A stretch of 64,000 nucleotides of DNA from Octopus vulgaris. Lineage: Eukaryota. The notes beneath the pieces were generated by a model. The model saw nothing but the letters and a program-made list of their open reading frames with translations, was not told the origin of the DNA and did no database searches. This document shows, one piece after another, positions 37,921 to 51,921 of the stretch. Within the stretch, counting starts at the first letter, position 1; each line of letters starts with the position of its first letter. The DNA lies in assembly GCA_951406725.2 (NCBI GenBank), contig OX597821.1, forward strand, positions 72,540,001 to 72,604,000, in the 5' to 3' direction. The translations under genes and the position numbers were made by a program.

Positions 37921-38939
37921 TAAATATGGTAACAAATGGATGCTCTTCCTAACGCCAACCATTGCTTTGTTATTATGCCACCAGCACATCGTATGATCAA
38001 AGAGACTTCTCTATTCTATGCTGGTTTTGTTAGTTCAAGGCATTATGAGAATGAAGGTGATTAAGAGAGATTAATGAGGGAAAATGAACCAGGGTGTGGA
38101 TAGAAGGAGTGGGAGTAGGATGAGAGAAACAGTGAATCAGATTACCCCCCCCCCGTCATGCACTACACCACCTGCCTACTCCCTACTCCTGCAACCTACC
38201 TAACCATCTCATCTGGTCAGCTGTATCATCATCACTACCCTACTGCTCTTCGGCATCCCTCTATCCCCCCCCCCGCCCCAAGTCATGACTTTCAACCCTA
38301 TCCAATTGCAAGTCTGTTTCCATCCAAACTTGCAAACCACCCATCCACTTCTATTCACCTTGTATCTTAAGAGGGGTGGCACAGGGGAACCTCATTGTCC
38401 CTATTTATCTCTTTGGAGTTCCTACTCATCATTTCTCTCCTTCTCTTACAAGATACGAGCAGCCAAATAAACTCCTCCAAGAACCTGCTAATGATGATGA
38501 TGGTGGTGATGTTTACTGAGCGATGAGAGGAAATACTCTGCCCCACAACCAGGCTGACATCATTGCCCCACAATCAGTCCAATATACTTCAATTTAAATG
38601 TTGACATCATTGTTGTGGCTACCACTGTCCTTGTCATTATTGTCACCCATAACCTTCCTCACTGATATCAAGGGTCCATTTTTTGGGGACCTCTTGTGTG
38701 TGGGGGTATTGCTGTTCCATGTTAGTTTTGATTGAGTGGATCTATGATTAAATGCAATCCACTTGTGGCTGTCCTCTTATTTTGAATACTAGGGACTACA
38801 TTGTTAAATATGCCCTTCTTTTGTTAAGGTGATTTATGGGAGATTTGGATGCTATCTCTAGCAAGCCAAGTGACCATGTAGGGGCTCTCCTTTTGGCTTG
38901 TTGCCTGGTGTGTATTTGTAGGTGAATGTGGAGGGTTTA

Positions 38940-39390
38940 TTATCACAAAGGGTTTCTTATTGCTGCTGTGTAAAGTGCCAGCTGATGTTCAGGGTCTTAA
39001 TTATTCCCTGACTCCCTTTTCTTGTGTAATTTGGCTTAATAGAATCTGTAGGGTATCAGTGAGGAATTTTCTGAACAGTAAGAAGTATGGGAGAGAAGAA
39101 AGGAGATGAGGAGGGAGAGGATGAGAAAGAGAAAAGTGAATTAGAAGGGAAGAGAAGAAAGAGAAAAAAGTGAGAAGAGGAGATTGACATAGAAGTGGGG
39201 TGGGGTGGGGGAGAAACAGATTAAAGTCTTAGAGGAAGCAGCATGAAGAAGATGAAATAACAGAGTCTGAAGAAGGGTCTGGAATAAATTGTTGTTTTTA
39301 TGGAGAAAATAATTTAGAATATATTTCAAGTCACTGCCCACTTCCAAGAGCTTGCTGGACAGAATGTAATGAAGGCATGTTTAAACTTGT
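38940..39390 (-). mobile_element. Possible ancient Penelope-like remnant
   Basis: Minus-strand fragments loosely follow the PLE linker order (FN.P, EVG..LKYILNYF, SSC, NISW); very decayed. Confidence 0.3.
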
Positions 39391-39492
39391 CATCATGGCT
39401 ATTATTATTGTTTGTCCTGCAGCTACTGTCAGTAAGTACATTTTTATAATGGATCAACTGTGTGTAAAGTCATTTCAACACAGCATTCTCGT

Positions 39493-39805
39493 ATCATCAT
39501 CATCATCGTTTAACATCAGTTTTCCATGCTGGCATGGGTTGGATGGTTCAACTGGGGTCTGGGAAGACAGGAAGCTGCACCAGGGCCCCAATCTGATCTG
39601 GTAGTGTTTCTACAGCTGGGTGCCCTTCCTAATGCCAACCACTCCGAGAGTGTAGTGGGTGCTTTTTACGTGCCACTGGTACAGGGGGCAGAGGAGCTGG
39701 CATCGACCATGATCGGATGGTGCTTTTTACATGCCACCGGCACAGAAGCCAGTCAAGGTGGCACTGGCATCGGCCACGTACGGATTGTGCTTTTTACGTG
39801 CAACC
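39493..39805 (-). mobile_element. RTE-like LINE tail copy
   Basis: (CAT)n plus the reverse complement of the tail consensus. Confidence 0.85.
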
Positions 39806-39849
39806 AGTATGAGGATAATAACTACAATTACAATTTCATTATTTCCATT

Positions 39850-40200
39850 TTACTTCTCAGAGCTCTTGAATTTACTTGCTCCAGTTAATTTTGTAAGAGC
39901 AGACAACAACCTATTGTCATGCATCTCACAAGGTCTCTTTTCCAAAATACTTAACACCCAAGTACCAATCTCAAAATCTTCGCTGTCCCCTACAGAGCAG
40001 TTTCTCAAGCATGTTCTACCCTCATGTCAATTCCAGTTCCTCCGACATATTTCTCAAACCTGGTTGTTAATGCTCCCAGTGCTCCTACAACTTCTGGGAT
40101 AATAGTTACTCTCCTCATTTCCCACATTCCTGCAATTTTGTCTTTTAGTAGTTTGTATTTATTCCGTCTTTTCCAGCTCTTTGTCACCCCTGCATGCATC
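39850..40200 (-). mobile_element. 3' end of an RLE-type non-LTR retrotransposon (R4/Dong-like)
   Basis: KYKLLKDKIAGMWEMRRVTIIPEVVGALGA...RVEHA then GTAKILRLVLGC*; typical restriction-like endonuclease C-terminus. Confidence 0.8.
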
Positions 40201-40266
40201 CCCAGGTATGGCAATATCTATAACCATGGATTTTTTCTCCACATCATTATTATAATAATATTAATA

Positions 40267-40632
40267 AACAAGAGCACTCAGACAGTGCAAACCTCCACCA
40301 AGACAACACCAATGTCCTCTCAACAATTAGCCAGAGATGATTTTTAAAATGAGAATATTAGAAATAAACTCGGCTGCTCTCATAAACGAAAATACTAAAA
40401 ACGGACCCGACTGTTCTCAAAAATTAAGTAAAAAATGGAAAAATAATCAAGAATCCTTGTCTGGTACTGGATTGATCCCGAAAACTAATCAGTTTGTGTC
40501 AGTCATGAGGCCAAACATTCCTGAAAGTTTCATTGGAATCCATCCATTGGTTCTTGAGATATCTTGTCCATGGACAAGCAAACAAACAGGACTGAAAACA
40601 ATACCTCCACCTTCTCTAAAGCGGAGGTGAAA
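40267..40632 (+). mobile_element. Non-autonomous Helentron-type (HINE/DINE-like) element
   Basis: Starts AACAAGAGCACTCAGACAGTGCAAACCTCC; ends with a (CAAA)n tract and the stem-loop ACCTCCACCTT..TAAAGCGGAGGT followed by an A-run. Confidence 0.55.
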
Positions 40633-40959
40633 AGACAGTGAACGGGCAGAATTGTAAAAGGTGCTGGACAAAATGCTTAATGGTATTTCATCCGTGTTTA
40701 CATTGAGTTCAAATTCCACCAAGGTCAACTTTGCTTTCATCCCTTTGGGGGCGATAAAATAAGAACCAGTTGCTGGTCTTGTGCCAGAATTTGAAAGCTC
40801 CACTTGCCTCTCAATTAATCAAACATCACACTGCACCTCTTGTGCACCTGTTGCTTGTACTAAATACAAGATTTTAATTTCCCAGCAACTCTCTCCCTGC
40901 AAACTAAAGTCAGATCTTGTGATTGTGCCACTCGAGTATTTAACTCAAGCACGGTTTAA

Positions 40960-41177
40960 CCCTTTTGCATTGAAATTACTCTGTGAAATGTGTTGCTTAT
41001 TTATTCTTGCTTTGATTCAATCCTGCTTTATCTCACTGCTTCTAGATTTCAATGATGTAATTGTTTATTTTTAGGATGACATTGTAGGCTAAGAGTAAGA
41101 AGCTAGATTTAGCCAGTATAACCATAAAACAGGTAGAAAATTAGGGCCTGACACAGCAAGTTTAAATGCATAAGTGT
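40960..41177. mobile_element. Older piggyBac-like MITE copy
   Basis: TTAA-CCCTTTTGCATT...AATGCATAAGTG-TTAA; colinear with 30772-30990. Confidence 0.7.
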
Positions 41178-41602
41178 TAAACCATTTTCTGCAGCTAATT
41201 AATGATGTATTATGTGATAAGAACCAGTTTGAAAGATCTCAAAGACATCCATTTCCAAACTCTGAGATTATTGACTCAGTATTTATAAAGAATAGAAGAA
41301 AACAGGTGTTAATGAAGAGCAATCTCACTGAATTCAATGCCAATCTGGATCTCACTAATAGTACCACTCTATTATATAGTTTTAATTAATCTCAAAAGCA
41401 ATTTATCTGCCTTATTAGTACTGGCAAGACTACAAAACCTTCTCCAAGACAACAAATGTAAAGAAGGACATTTTATTGTACTTTTCTGCCTCTACTCCAG
41501 ATTCTATCTCAAACTCTTTCTTCTTCTAACTTTACTCTTTCACTACTCTCATCATTTAACCCATCAATTTTTATCTTGCATAATTGCCACCTCTCCAGTA
41601 TA

Positions 41603-41930
41603 GTCGTCGTCGTTTAACATCCGCTTTCCACGCTGGCATGGGTTGGACGGTTTGACTGAGGATTCACAAGCCAGAAGGCTGCACCAGGCTCCCAATCTGA
41701 TTTGGCAATGTTTCTACAGCTGGATGCCCTTCCTAATGCCAACCACTCTGAGAGTGTAGTGAGTGCTTTTTAAGTGCCACTGGCATGAGGACCACTCAGG
41801 CGGTACTGGCATCAGCCACGCTTGAATGGTGCTTTTTACATGTCACTTGTACAGAGGCCAGTCAGGCGATACTGGCATCTGCCATGCTTGAATGGTGTTT
41901 TTTATGTGCCACTGGCATGGGACCAGTCAG
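41603..41930 (-). mobile_element. RTE-like LINE tail copy
   Basis: Tail consensus with tandem ~60-bp sub-repeats. Confidence 0.85.
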
Positions 41931-42167
41931 CTGATCCTGTGTATTCTGACACAATAACATGATACTGCTCCATTAATTATTACAAGAAAATTTTTTAAAT
42001 TTTGGAAATTCACCCACATAGGGGAATGGGGAATTTCCTATTAAAAGATTTATTTAGGTTAAAGGAGAAGATGTTAAACACCTCTTTGGCAAAAAATATT
42101 TAACAACAGACAGTTTTTCTATACAAATAAAGCAACTTACTTGGAGCTGATCTGTCAATAATCCATT

Positions 42168-42454
42168 CAGATAGATAGGTAGATAGATGGATAGATGGAT
42201 GGATGGATGGATGGATGGATGGATGGGTGGGTGGGTGGACGGACGGATGGACAAACAGACAGATAGATAGACAGACAGACAGATAGACATATAGATAGAC
42301 AGACGGACAGACAGACAGAGGGATGGGTGGATAGACAAACAGAATGATAGATAGACAGACAGACGGACTGACAGAAAAATAGATGGATGGATGGTTGGAT
42401 AGACAAATAGATAGATAGATAGATAGATTGATTAATTGATAGATAGATAGACAG

Positions 42455-42488
<34 letters not shown>

Positions 42489-42526
42489 ATGGATGGATGG
42501 CTAGACAAACAGACAGACAGACAGAC

Positions 42527-42565
<39 letters not shown>

Positions 42566-42566
42566 C

Positions 42567-42605
<39 letters not shown>

Positions 42606-42672
42606 CAGACTGACAGACAGATGGGTGGATAGACAAACAAACAGATAGATAAATAGATAGATGGATAGATAG
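42168..42672. repeat. Compound tetranucleotide microsatellite (GATA/GATG/GACA)n
   Basis: Directly visible ~500-bp array. Confidence 0.97.
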
Positions 42673-43189
42673 CTATAAATGGAAAAGCAAATATGAAGAG
42701 ATAAGAAAAAAAAAATTAATAAATAGATTACACGAAGTACAGTTTGCTCAGCACTCCGCAATAATGTGGTGGATATGTTTTCATTCAAGAGGAAGCTGGT
42801 TTTGTATGGAGGCCTTAATGATATTGGTAGCAAGAGCAATGAGGAAGATGAAGAAGAAGAAAATAGAGTGCTAGTGGTGTTGATGATGATGATGATAGTA
42901 TGGTGGTGGTGGTGATAAAAGGACAATAGAAAGCTAAGTACAATGTGTCCCAGAATTCTGTCAGATTTTCAAAACAAAACCTTGTTTAAATGCTTTTTTT
43001 TTTATTAATGGAAGAGGCTGAATATAATATAAATAGAAAGAAAGAAGCTGAGATGAAGGAGAAAAGTGAGAGTGAGGAGAGGGAGAGGATGTTGAGGTGG
43101 TGTTGGTGTGAGTGAGAAGAAGGGAGAGGATGTTAGGCAGTGGGGTGAGGGAAGTTTAAATTAAGAAAAATAACCTGGTAAAGTTAAAT

Positions 43190-43565
43190 ATTTCTTTATT
43201 GTCAACAGAGGGGACAAACAAAGGGATTAAGTCAATTACATTGACCCCAGAGCATAACTGGTACTTATTTAATTGACCCCAAAAGGATGAAAGGCAAAGT
43301 CGACCTTGGCGGAATTTGAACTCAGAATGTAACAGCAGATGAAATACCTGTTTCTTTACTACCCACAAGGGGCTAAATACAGAGAGGACAAACAAGGACA
43401 GACAAACGGATTAAGTTGATTACATCGACCCCAGTGCATAACTGGTACTTAATTTATCGACCCTGAAAGGATGAAAGGCAAAGATGACCTCGGCGGAATT
43501 TGAACTCAGAACGTAACGGCAGATGAAATACCGCTAAGCATTTCGCCCGGCGTGCTAATGATTCT
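43190..43565 (-). mobile_element. SINE family B, tandem (dimeric) copy
   Basis: Two units with a 184-bp period (GAAATACC at 43341 and 43525). Confidence 0.85.
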
Positions 43566-43846
43566 GTTAAATAATAATATTGAATAATAATGAGAAGTGA
43601 AAATATTTCTACAATAGAAGTAAAAGTAATAACAAACAACAACAATAATAATGGCTTCAAATTTTGGCACAAGGCTAGCACTTTCGGGGGAGGTGAGGTC
43701 CAGTCGATTACATTGATCCTAGAACTCAACAGGCACCTATCAACCTTAGAAGGGCGAAAGGCAGATCTTGAGTTCAGACAACAAAGATGGATGAAATGCT
43801 GCTCATCATTTTGGCCCAGCACAGTAACAATTCTGCCAGCTCCCCA

Positions 43847-44070
43847 CATCATCATCATCATCATTAAATGCCCGTTTTTCATGCTGGCATGGGTTGGGCG
43901 GTTTGACAGGAACTGGTCAGCCAGAGAGATGCACTAGGCTCCATTCGTCTGTTCTGGCATGGTTTCTGCAGCTGGATGCCCTTCGCAATGCCAACTGTTT
44001 TACAGAGTGGACTCAGTGATTATGATGTGGCACTGAACAGGTGCTTTCCTCTGTGACACTGGCATGGGTG
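43847..44070 (-). mobile_element. RTE-like LINE tail copy (older)
   Basis: (CAT)n followed by CATGCTGGCATGGGTTGG...CAGCTGGATGCCCTTC. Confidence 0.75.
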
Positions 44071-44673
44071 CTAATAACAATAATAGTAATTTCTAAACTA
44101 GGCATAAAACCTGCAATTCTGAAGGGAGGGTTTCTCAGTTCAATCCCAGTTCTTGCCAGTTACTTTATTTTATTGATTGTAGAGGGATGAAAAGGAAAGT
44201 TGAATTTGGCAAGATTTGAACTCGGAATGTTAAGAGACAGAACAAAAATTCTTCTGATGCTGAAACACTTCTGCCAGTTCATTGCCCTTACAGACATCAA
44301 CAACAACAACAGCAAGAAGAAGAAAAGTATGAAGAGGAGGCAGAAGAGGCCACAGCTGTGGTTGTGTTAGTGTCATTTCAGGTCAGTTCTGATCAATCTG
44401 ATATTTGTTTTTATACAATTTTGCTCCAAACAAGGCTTGTGGTCACCGTAGTGTAAGGGACAACAAAGAAAGCAAAAAAGGGGCCAACAAATTCAAGTGA
44501 TGTCGATGGACAGAATGCTTAAAGCACTGAATATCAAAGACCAGAGGGAAATAAGACGATGGTAGTGAGTTCCAGTGAATTGCAGTTCAAAGAAAGAAGC
44601 TATTAGAATGAAAGGATTTATAAATAACCAGAAGATTGACAGAGAAATGATGAGCCTGGGAAGAGAAGGTTAA

Positions 44674-44882
44674 CCCTTTTGTTACCAATCTGGCTGAAAC
44701 CGGCTTTGGCTCTGTAGTACAAATTTCTTGTTTTCATAAAATCTTCCACCAAACCTTAGTCACAATTTATGTTCCTAACACTAGCTTAATGATAACGAAG
44801 TTATTTTACTAAATTCTTTGTTATATTTAAAGTAATTGAAAGAAACACAGAGCATCTCAACAGAAATACAGTAATGAAAGAG
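44674..44882. mobile_element. Second piggyBac-like MITE family
   Basis: TTAA-CCCTTTTGTTACC...GTAATGAAAGAG-TTAA; imperfect short TIRs with TTAA flanks. Confidence 0.6.
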
Positions 44883-45327
44883 TTAAAGGTGTTGACAGAG
44901 GGTAGTTGACCGGAATGTCCATCAGAGTAAAAGCTATGGAAATATTTGTAGAAAAGACATGACAAAAGTACATTTTGATGCCATGACCATATTCTGTTTT
45001 TCCTTTGAGCAAAGAAGATGGCAGTTATGATTTAAGGGTAATTTGGCTGCCATTTCCCACAGGTTCATTGATGGTGTTTAGCAACAGAGGCAATAACAAA
45101 AGGAAGAGTAGCAAAATCAACAACTACAACAGCAGTACCAAACACTTTTGGCCTTTTCAAAGTACAAAGGAATCCCTCTTGTACTGGTGCTACAATACAC
45201 TCTATCCAGACACACTGTAAAATGGTGGGTGGGTTGAGCCTGCTTTTGTTGGTCACCTAATATTGACATCCATCATTCACCTCTGTTACTATCCACCATT
45301 TTCTCTCATGCCAGCTTCATTCCAATC

Positions 45328-45503
45328 GTCATTGTCGTTTAACGTCCGCTTTCCATGCTGGCATGGGTTGGACGGTTTAACTGACAGCTGGCAAGCCAGA
45401 AGGCTGCACCAGGCTCCAATCTGATCTGGCAATGTTTCTACAGCTGGATGCCCTTCCTAACGCCAACCACTCTGAGAGTGTAGTGGGTGCTTTTTACATG
45501 CCA
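45328..45503 (-). mobile_element. RTE-like LINE tail copy
   Basis: CGTTTAACGTCCGCTTTCCATGCTGGCATGGGTTGGACGG...GTGGGTGCTTTTTAC. Confidence 0.85.
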
Positions 45504-46974
45504 ATTGCTTCATTTTTACCATCCATACACTTGTTCCCTCTTCTAACCATCCTTATTCTTCTGCCTTCACTGTCTCAGCCACAGAACCCGAGTAAACATT
45601 TTTAATGTAGTGAGGACTCTCTCGTCTTTGAGGTGCAACACAACCCCATTATTGTTAGTGCACTTTAAATCCACTAAAGCAGGATATTCTGTAAAGTGGT
45701 TGGCAACAATTCATCGATAGAAGCAACAGCTGCTCCGTCAAAAATGGATTGAGAATATTAAACTGCGATAGAAGGAGATGTTACTTCATGTAAGATTCCT
45801 CTCTCTCGTCTGTTTCATGTCACAGCAATAAGAGATAAAAAAAAAAACCCCGATCCAATCGGCAACATAAGTCTGTGGAAAGAAAAGGAAATATATCGCA
45901 GGATGTCTGTAGTGCAAATCAAAACCTAATCTCAGCAGCTTGCACACGATTACTGTTCATGTGAAGATAGAAAGCAGTGCTTCGGAGAATTTATGCGCAA
46001 AATATAGACTCACATACAAGTCTATAGCAAGTTTGATGTCATCTTCGGCATCACTACAAGACGAACAGTAATACAACTGTCATCTCCCCTCTTCACTTCA
46101 CTTGTCTGTTTATATAATCTTAAAACCAATTGCCGCTTTCTCTCCATCTTGCCCCAACGTTATGTCATTCTTCAGCTACAACAGCAATCACACACACATG
46201 TATGTATACATATATACATTCATAAACACGCGCACGCATGTACCACATACTGCTATACTCACAGACATACGTATGTACACACGCACACACACACACACAT
46301 ACAGGTGCGCACACGCATAATTGTTTACCTTCTTACTTTGTTCTTTATTTTATTTTGCTTTCTGTTGTTCAATGCCTCAACCCACTATCATTCGATGCAG
46401 TGGTCTGGTGAGACGGAAGTCTGGAGAAGAATTGAAACTGAGGAGTGCGGGAGTGAGAGAGAGAGAGACATGTGTATGTATATATATATAAAATCATCAG
46501 CAGAAGATCAGAGAGAGACAGAGAAAGATAGAGGTATAATTATAGGGGTGAGGGAGGAGAATTAGAGGAAAGAGAAATAGAGAGAGCGCTAGAGGGGGAA
46601 AATAATAAAAACGTGGTAGAAGTAATAGTCGTAGTGGGAGGATGGGGAGGTAAAAGAAGAGATAAAAATGTTGATGGGTGGAGGGAGGCGAATGAAGGAG
46701 AGGAGGAGGAGGAGGAATAAAAAGAGAAAGGTTAAAGCAAGAGAAAAGAAGAGAGAGTGTGAGGATGAGGAGAACAGAATGCGCTCTAATTATATAACAG
46801 AATTGTGAACGGGTGCTTGTGTGTGTGTGTATGTGTGTGTGTGTGTGTGTCTACTGTAAAGGAAATATTAATGTGAAAAGATGAAAGAAAAGAGAAGAAA
46901 ATCCGAAGGCGAAATCAGTAAATATATTCTAGACAGAATAATAAAACGATGGCAGTAGTGCTAGTATTGTCGTA

Positions 46975-48560
46975 GTTGTTTAGCCCCGGGTCTGGCGTGG
47001 TTGTGAAGAGTTATGATCAAAGAGGTTCCATCCGATCTTTTAGACATAAACGCATAAAGGACTACGCTATCCAATGTGTTCATATTCAAAACAATAAGGA
47101 AACGACTGAAGAGAGATTTGGCAGCTATTTCTAGTAGGTTAGCCGACCTCGTTGTCTCTTGCTGCTGGTATTCAATGGTGATGGCGGTGGCGGGGCGGTG
47201 CTGTTTGTAGTGTTGTGAGTGGTTTTCTGGAAAAAAAAGCAAACACGAACAAAAACCAGAAGACAAGTATCTCATTGAGCCTTCGTAATGTGAAAAGGAA
47301 AGTACAAAGAAGAGACGGTAGTATAGTAAAAGAGGAGGAAGAGGATAGTTTGAGAGGGGAGGGGGATGTAACAACGAAGGGTGGTGACGACGGTGCTGTT
47401 TGTACACTTGTGGTAGTATAAAAGATGGTAAAAATGGTTTGGTACTAATAGGAGTGGTGAGATTGTTAGCCGTCGCCGCCGCAATATTGCCGATAGTGTT
47501 AATGTTGATGAAGGTGTTGTTGCTGATGTTTAAGCCCCAAGTTTTCCTTGACCGAGCAAACATATGTTAACAGACGTTTCAGCCATAATTATTCCGTCTT
47601 TTTTTTTGTCAGGCAGTCGACTACATTATTTAATGGAGGATTTGATTATTATTTCTAGCAGGTTCGAGAGGTTCCCAGTTATAGTGATGTTATAACTAAT
47701 TAAATGTATTATTGTTGTTGACCCTGATCAGCCCTGACTTGGCAGACTTATGGATCTAAAGTGTTCCAACCATGACCATCCAGTCCCTCCCTCATTGTGT
47801 ATCTAAGACAAGACGACACTGTCTATTTGTGTCGGTTTTTTTTTCTTTTAAGACAGCAGAGGGATGCTTTTCTGATTAAATCAAATGACTAAGTAAAGAT
47901 TCTTTCATCGGCTCGCAGTTAGCAGAATCGGTAGGGCGTCGGACAAAATGCTTTGTGGGTTTTCTTCTGACACTTACATTCTGAGGTCAACTTTGTCCTT
48001 TATCCCTCTGGATCAACAAAATAAAGTATCAGTCAAACACTGAGTTCAACGCTATCGAATTATCCACTTCCCCCCCAAATTGCTGGTTTTGTGCCTAAAT
48101 TAGAAACCATTTTTGGTTTAGTAAAAGCGATAGTGTTGACAATAGTTTGTAGCGATCAGGTTGGTGTTGTTGGTGATGGCAGCAGTAATTGAATTATTTG
48201 GCAGCTTTTTTGTGTTGACATTCAAGTTTTTTTTTCTTAGTGATGGCAGTGGTTTGGTCTAGTTAACCGACGTTCCAGCTGTAACCATCTCAAGATCATA
48301 TTGCTGTCTCTTTCAGGATGGCAGACTGTGATCTGAAGGAGATTTGGTTGTTATTTCTAACATTACAACCACTTACAAGGATCAAAAACATTATTGCCGT
48401 GAACATACAATTAAAAAAAAAGAAAACGCATGATATACCTTAACTACGTTATTTAATGTGTCTTTCGTGTTTTTAGAAAAGAATTATTTAAAAGTGAATT
48501 GGCTATTGTTTCTAGCAGGTTGAGCAACCACGTAGATGCTCCCTTGTCGACTCATGGTGT
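46975..48560 (+). repeat. Cluster of an ancient interspersed repeat with core GAGATTTGGCTGCTATTTCTAGCAGGT
   Basis: Diverged core near 47112, 47637, 48338 and 48498; also near 24350, 29415, 33830, 38840 and 56185. Confidence 0.6.
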
Positions 48561-49065
48561 TGTTGTTGACCGTGATCTGGGAAAGTTGAAGTTATTGATT
48601 TGTATAAAATTTTTGACAGAAATGAATTAAAAAAATAGTAAATGCTGCTAAAATTTAAAATAAAATAAAATTAATAAAAGTTTTAAAAAATAAACTAAAA
48701 AGGAATATTTGAAGAAAACACAAAAATGTGGGGAAAAAAACAATAATAGTAAAGAAAATTAAAATTATATAACGGTATTGATTTGAGAAATATGGAAATC
48801 GATCAGTTGATCTGATAAGTGAAGAAGTCACATGAACGCTGTTGCCTTGGCAACAAGAACTGCAAAGAAATCCAATCTCTTTCTCTTTCTCTCTCTCTCA
48901 TCAGCTTCCAATCCCAAACAAGAGGAAGTCTTGGAAGAATGGTGATGATTAACGTTCCTGCTTTTGTCTGTAGGAAGGCTTCTGTCCAGGATATTATGGA
49001 AGAGGAGGTCGGAGAGAGACACAGGAGGGATGTGACGGTGTTATATTTATAGTAATATGGATGGT

Positions 49066-49098
<33 letters not shown>

Positions 49099-49969
49099 GC
49101 GGTGATGGCGGTATTGAGAAAGAAAGAACAAGACGATATTTAATATATTCAGTTGACAAACTGATATTTTCTGGTTTTATTATTTGTTCACTACTCGTAT
49201 CATCGCCCTCATTGCCCTCTTCCCCATCATCACTATCATAATCATTCTCATCATTAACAGTCACCTCCACTACGATCTTTATGAACTTCATCTCCTGCTT
49301 AGAACAATCGTAATTTGTTTTCTTCTTCATCATTTACACAGTTGTCATCATCGTCCTGCCACTACCAGACGGCTCTCAATATATATTTCTATTACAATAA
49401 ACCCAATATCGGTAAACCGTGTTCAGACTGCTTCAGTGTGGTAAATATATATCCAGAATGAAATATGAGCAAAAATAGAGTAGAAATACAAAATTGCCCC
49501 GTTTTTACTCGTGTTTCATCCAGGTTTCTCTTTGAAAGCTACATCCGCACTGATGTGGCTTTCAACACTTGCTTGAAGCTGTTGAGAATGACCGTCGATT
49601 AATAAAAATATTGGATAGGAATGAGCAAGGGGATCTGCTGGTCTTGTTCTTAAATTAAGAACTGTTGTCATCAACGTCACCACCATCACCTGCACCATGA
49701 AGTACCAATCATCTACCAAGAGTTGATAGTACCATATATGTATCAGTGAAACATTGGTGTTACTATAATCAATCACTCCTACCCCTAAAACTAACGACTC
49801 TGCCCGTTTTTAACAGAATTGACATTTGTTTCGGCTCTCTATTCTGAGTTCAAATCACATCGAAGGCAGCTTTGCATTTCATCTTCTCAGGATCAATAAG
49901 AAAGTACCGGTATTGGGGTAGAGTTAGTTAACTGATAAAACCATCCTCATAAATGTCTAGCCTTGTGCC

Positions 49970-50330
49970 TATCGTCATCCATTTCCAACAGTTTCACGAG
50001 AGCTTCTTCTGCATTGCTAGGTGCACCTCCATGTTCCTCGAGCGTGTCTTTTAGTAAAGGTTTGAAATAATCATTCATTCCCCTATCTTTGCCTGCGGCA
50101 GAGTGCGCGCCAATATGAGATAGTTGCCTGCACACTATTCGATCTTTGGCAAGAGCATTCAGGGTAACTATGTCAAGGCCTGGCCATGCTGTGTATAATG
50201 TTATCTCTCCTATCTTTTAGGTTGATGGCTTCTGTTTCTCTTTCCATTAACCATGTCTTCCAAACAGATCTTGATGACGTAACAAACCATTCGCTCTGTG
50301 TAGCCAAGCAGTTTGAGTCCTTTATTTTTG
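49970..50330 (-). mobile_element. Probable old RTE-like LINE C-terminal remnant
   Basis: Peptide RGMNDYFKPLLKDTLEEHGGAPSNAEEALVKLLEM resembles the GRP..Y...L..DTG...L..AM.DR..W end of RTE ORFs. Confidence 0.35.
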
Positions 50331-50334
50331 ATGA

Positions 50335-50878
50335 CAGAGGGGATTGGTAGCAATTTGGTTATTTGTCTTAGATCCTCAATTCTGACGTTGTGTAAGAGTT
50401 AGTGTTAGTAATAAGTTGTACTACATTATTCTGAAAGACTTCTGGTTCCTGTAGTCCAACAAAAGTCCAGGTGACACGTTCTACTCTGTATAAAACTACT
50501 TGTTGTAGGTTTGTTTGCAAACATTTATTGAAATGATAAATAAAAGAATTGCTTGGGTTGGTGTTCTTCATGTTACATCAGCTTTCTTTAGTTGTATTTT
50601 TCGCTTGTCCTTTGTATAAAACAAGTGTAATGTGAGCTGTCGTTTTATTATCTGGTGGTTGTGTGATTGATGTCATCGTGTCTCGTTTATGTGCTAAAGT
50701 TGAGTGATTTGTTTGTGGTAATTATGTAGACTTTGTGCTTACTAGATTGTATTTAGAATGCCGAGTCTCGATTGTGAAAATGTTGTGTGGGTTGAGTTGA
50801 TTTATTGAGTGGAGTGTGAAGAAGATGCTGTGTGATTCGTGGAGGAAGTGTACTGCATGAGCTGTGCAACTGAAAAAA
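50335..50878 (-). mobile_element. Probable decayed Penelope-like GIY-YIG remnant
   Basis: Minus strand CNMKNTNPSNS...NKCLQTNL...FVG resembles the CNC...CPL.NKCL..N..Y...YIG order of PLE endonucleases. Confidence 0.4.
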
Positions 50879-50965
50879 TGTGTTTCTACCAGGAATGTTT
50901 TGTCTTGTGTGCAAAATGTGTGTGTGTGAGTGTGTAAAGGATTGCTCTCCTCTCTCTCTCTATGT

Positions 50966-51905
<940 letters not shown>

Positions 51906-51921
51906 TTTAAAAAAAAATTAT

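Noticed and set aside
42054-42926. ORFs of 94-178 aa (SIYL repeats)
   Set aside because: Translations of the (GATA)n microsatellite.
46961-47563. 200-aa minus-strand ORF
   Set aside because: Crosses low-complexity purine tracts and old repeat fragments; no domain motif.
48803-49333. 176-aa minus-strand acidic ORF
   Set aside because: Built from (GAT)n- and (GA)n-like simple repeats; no recognisable domain.
49560-49640. PIFLLIDGHS resembling a pogo/Tigger DDE motif on the minus strand
   Set aside because: A single short match with no other transposase motifs or TIRs.
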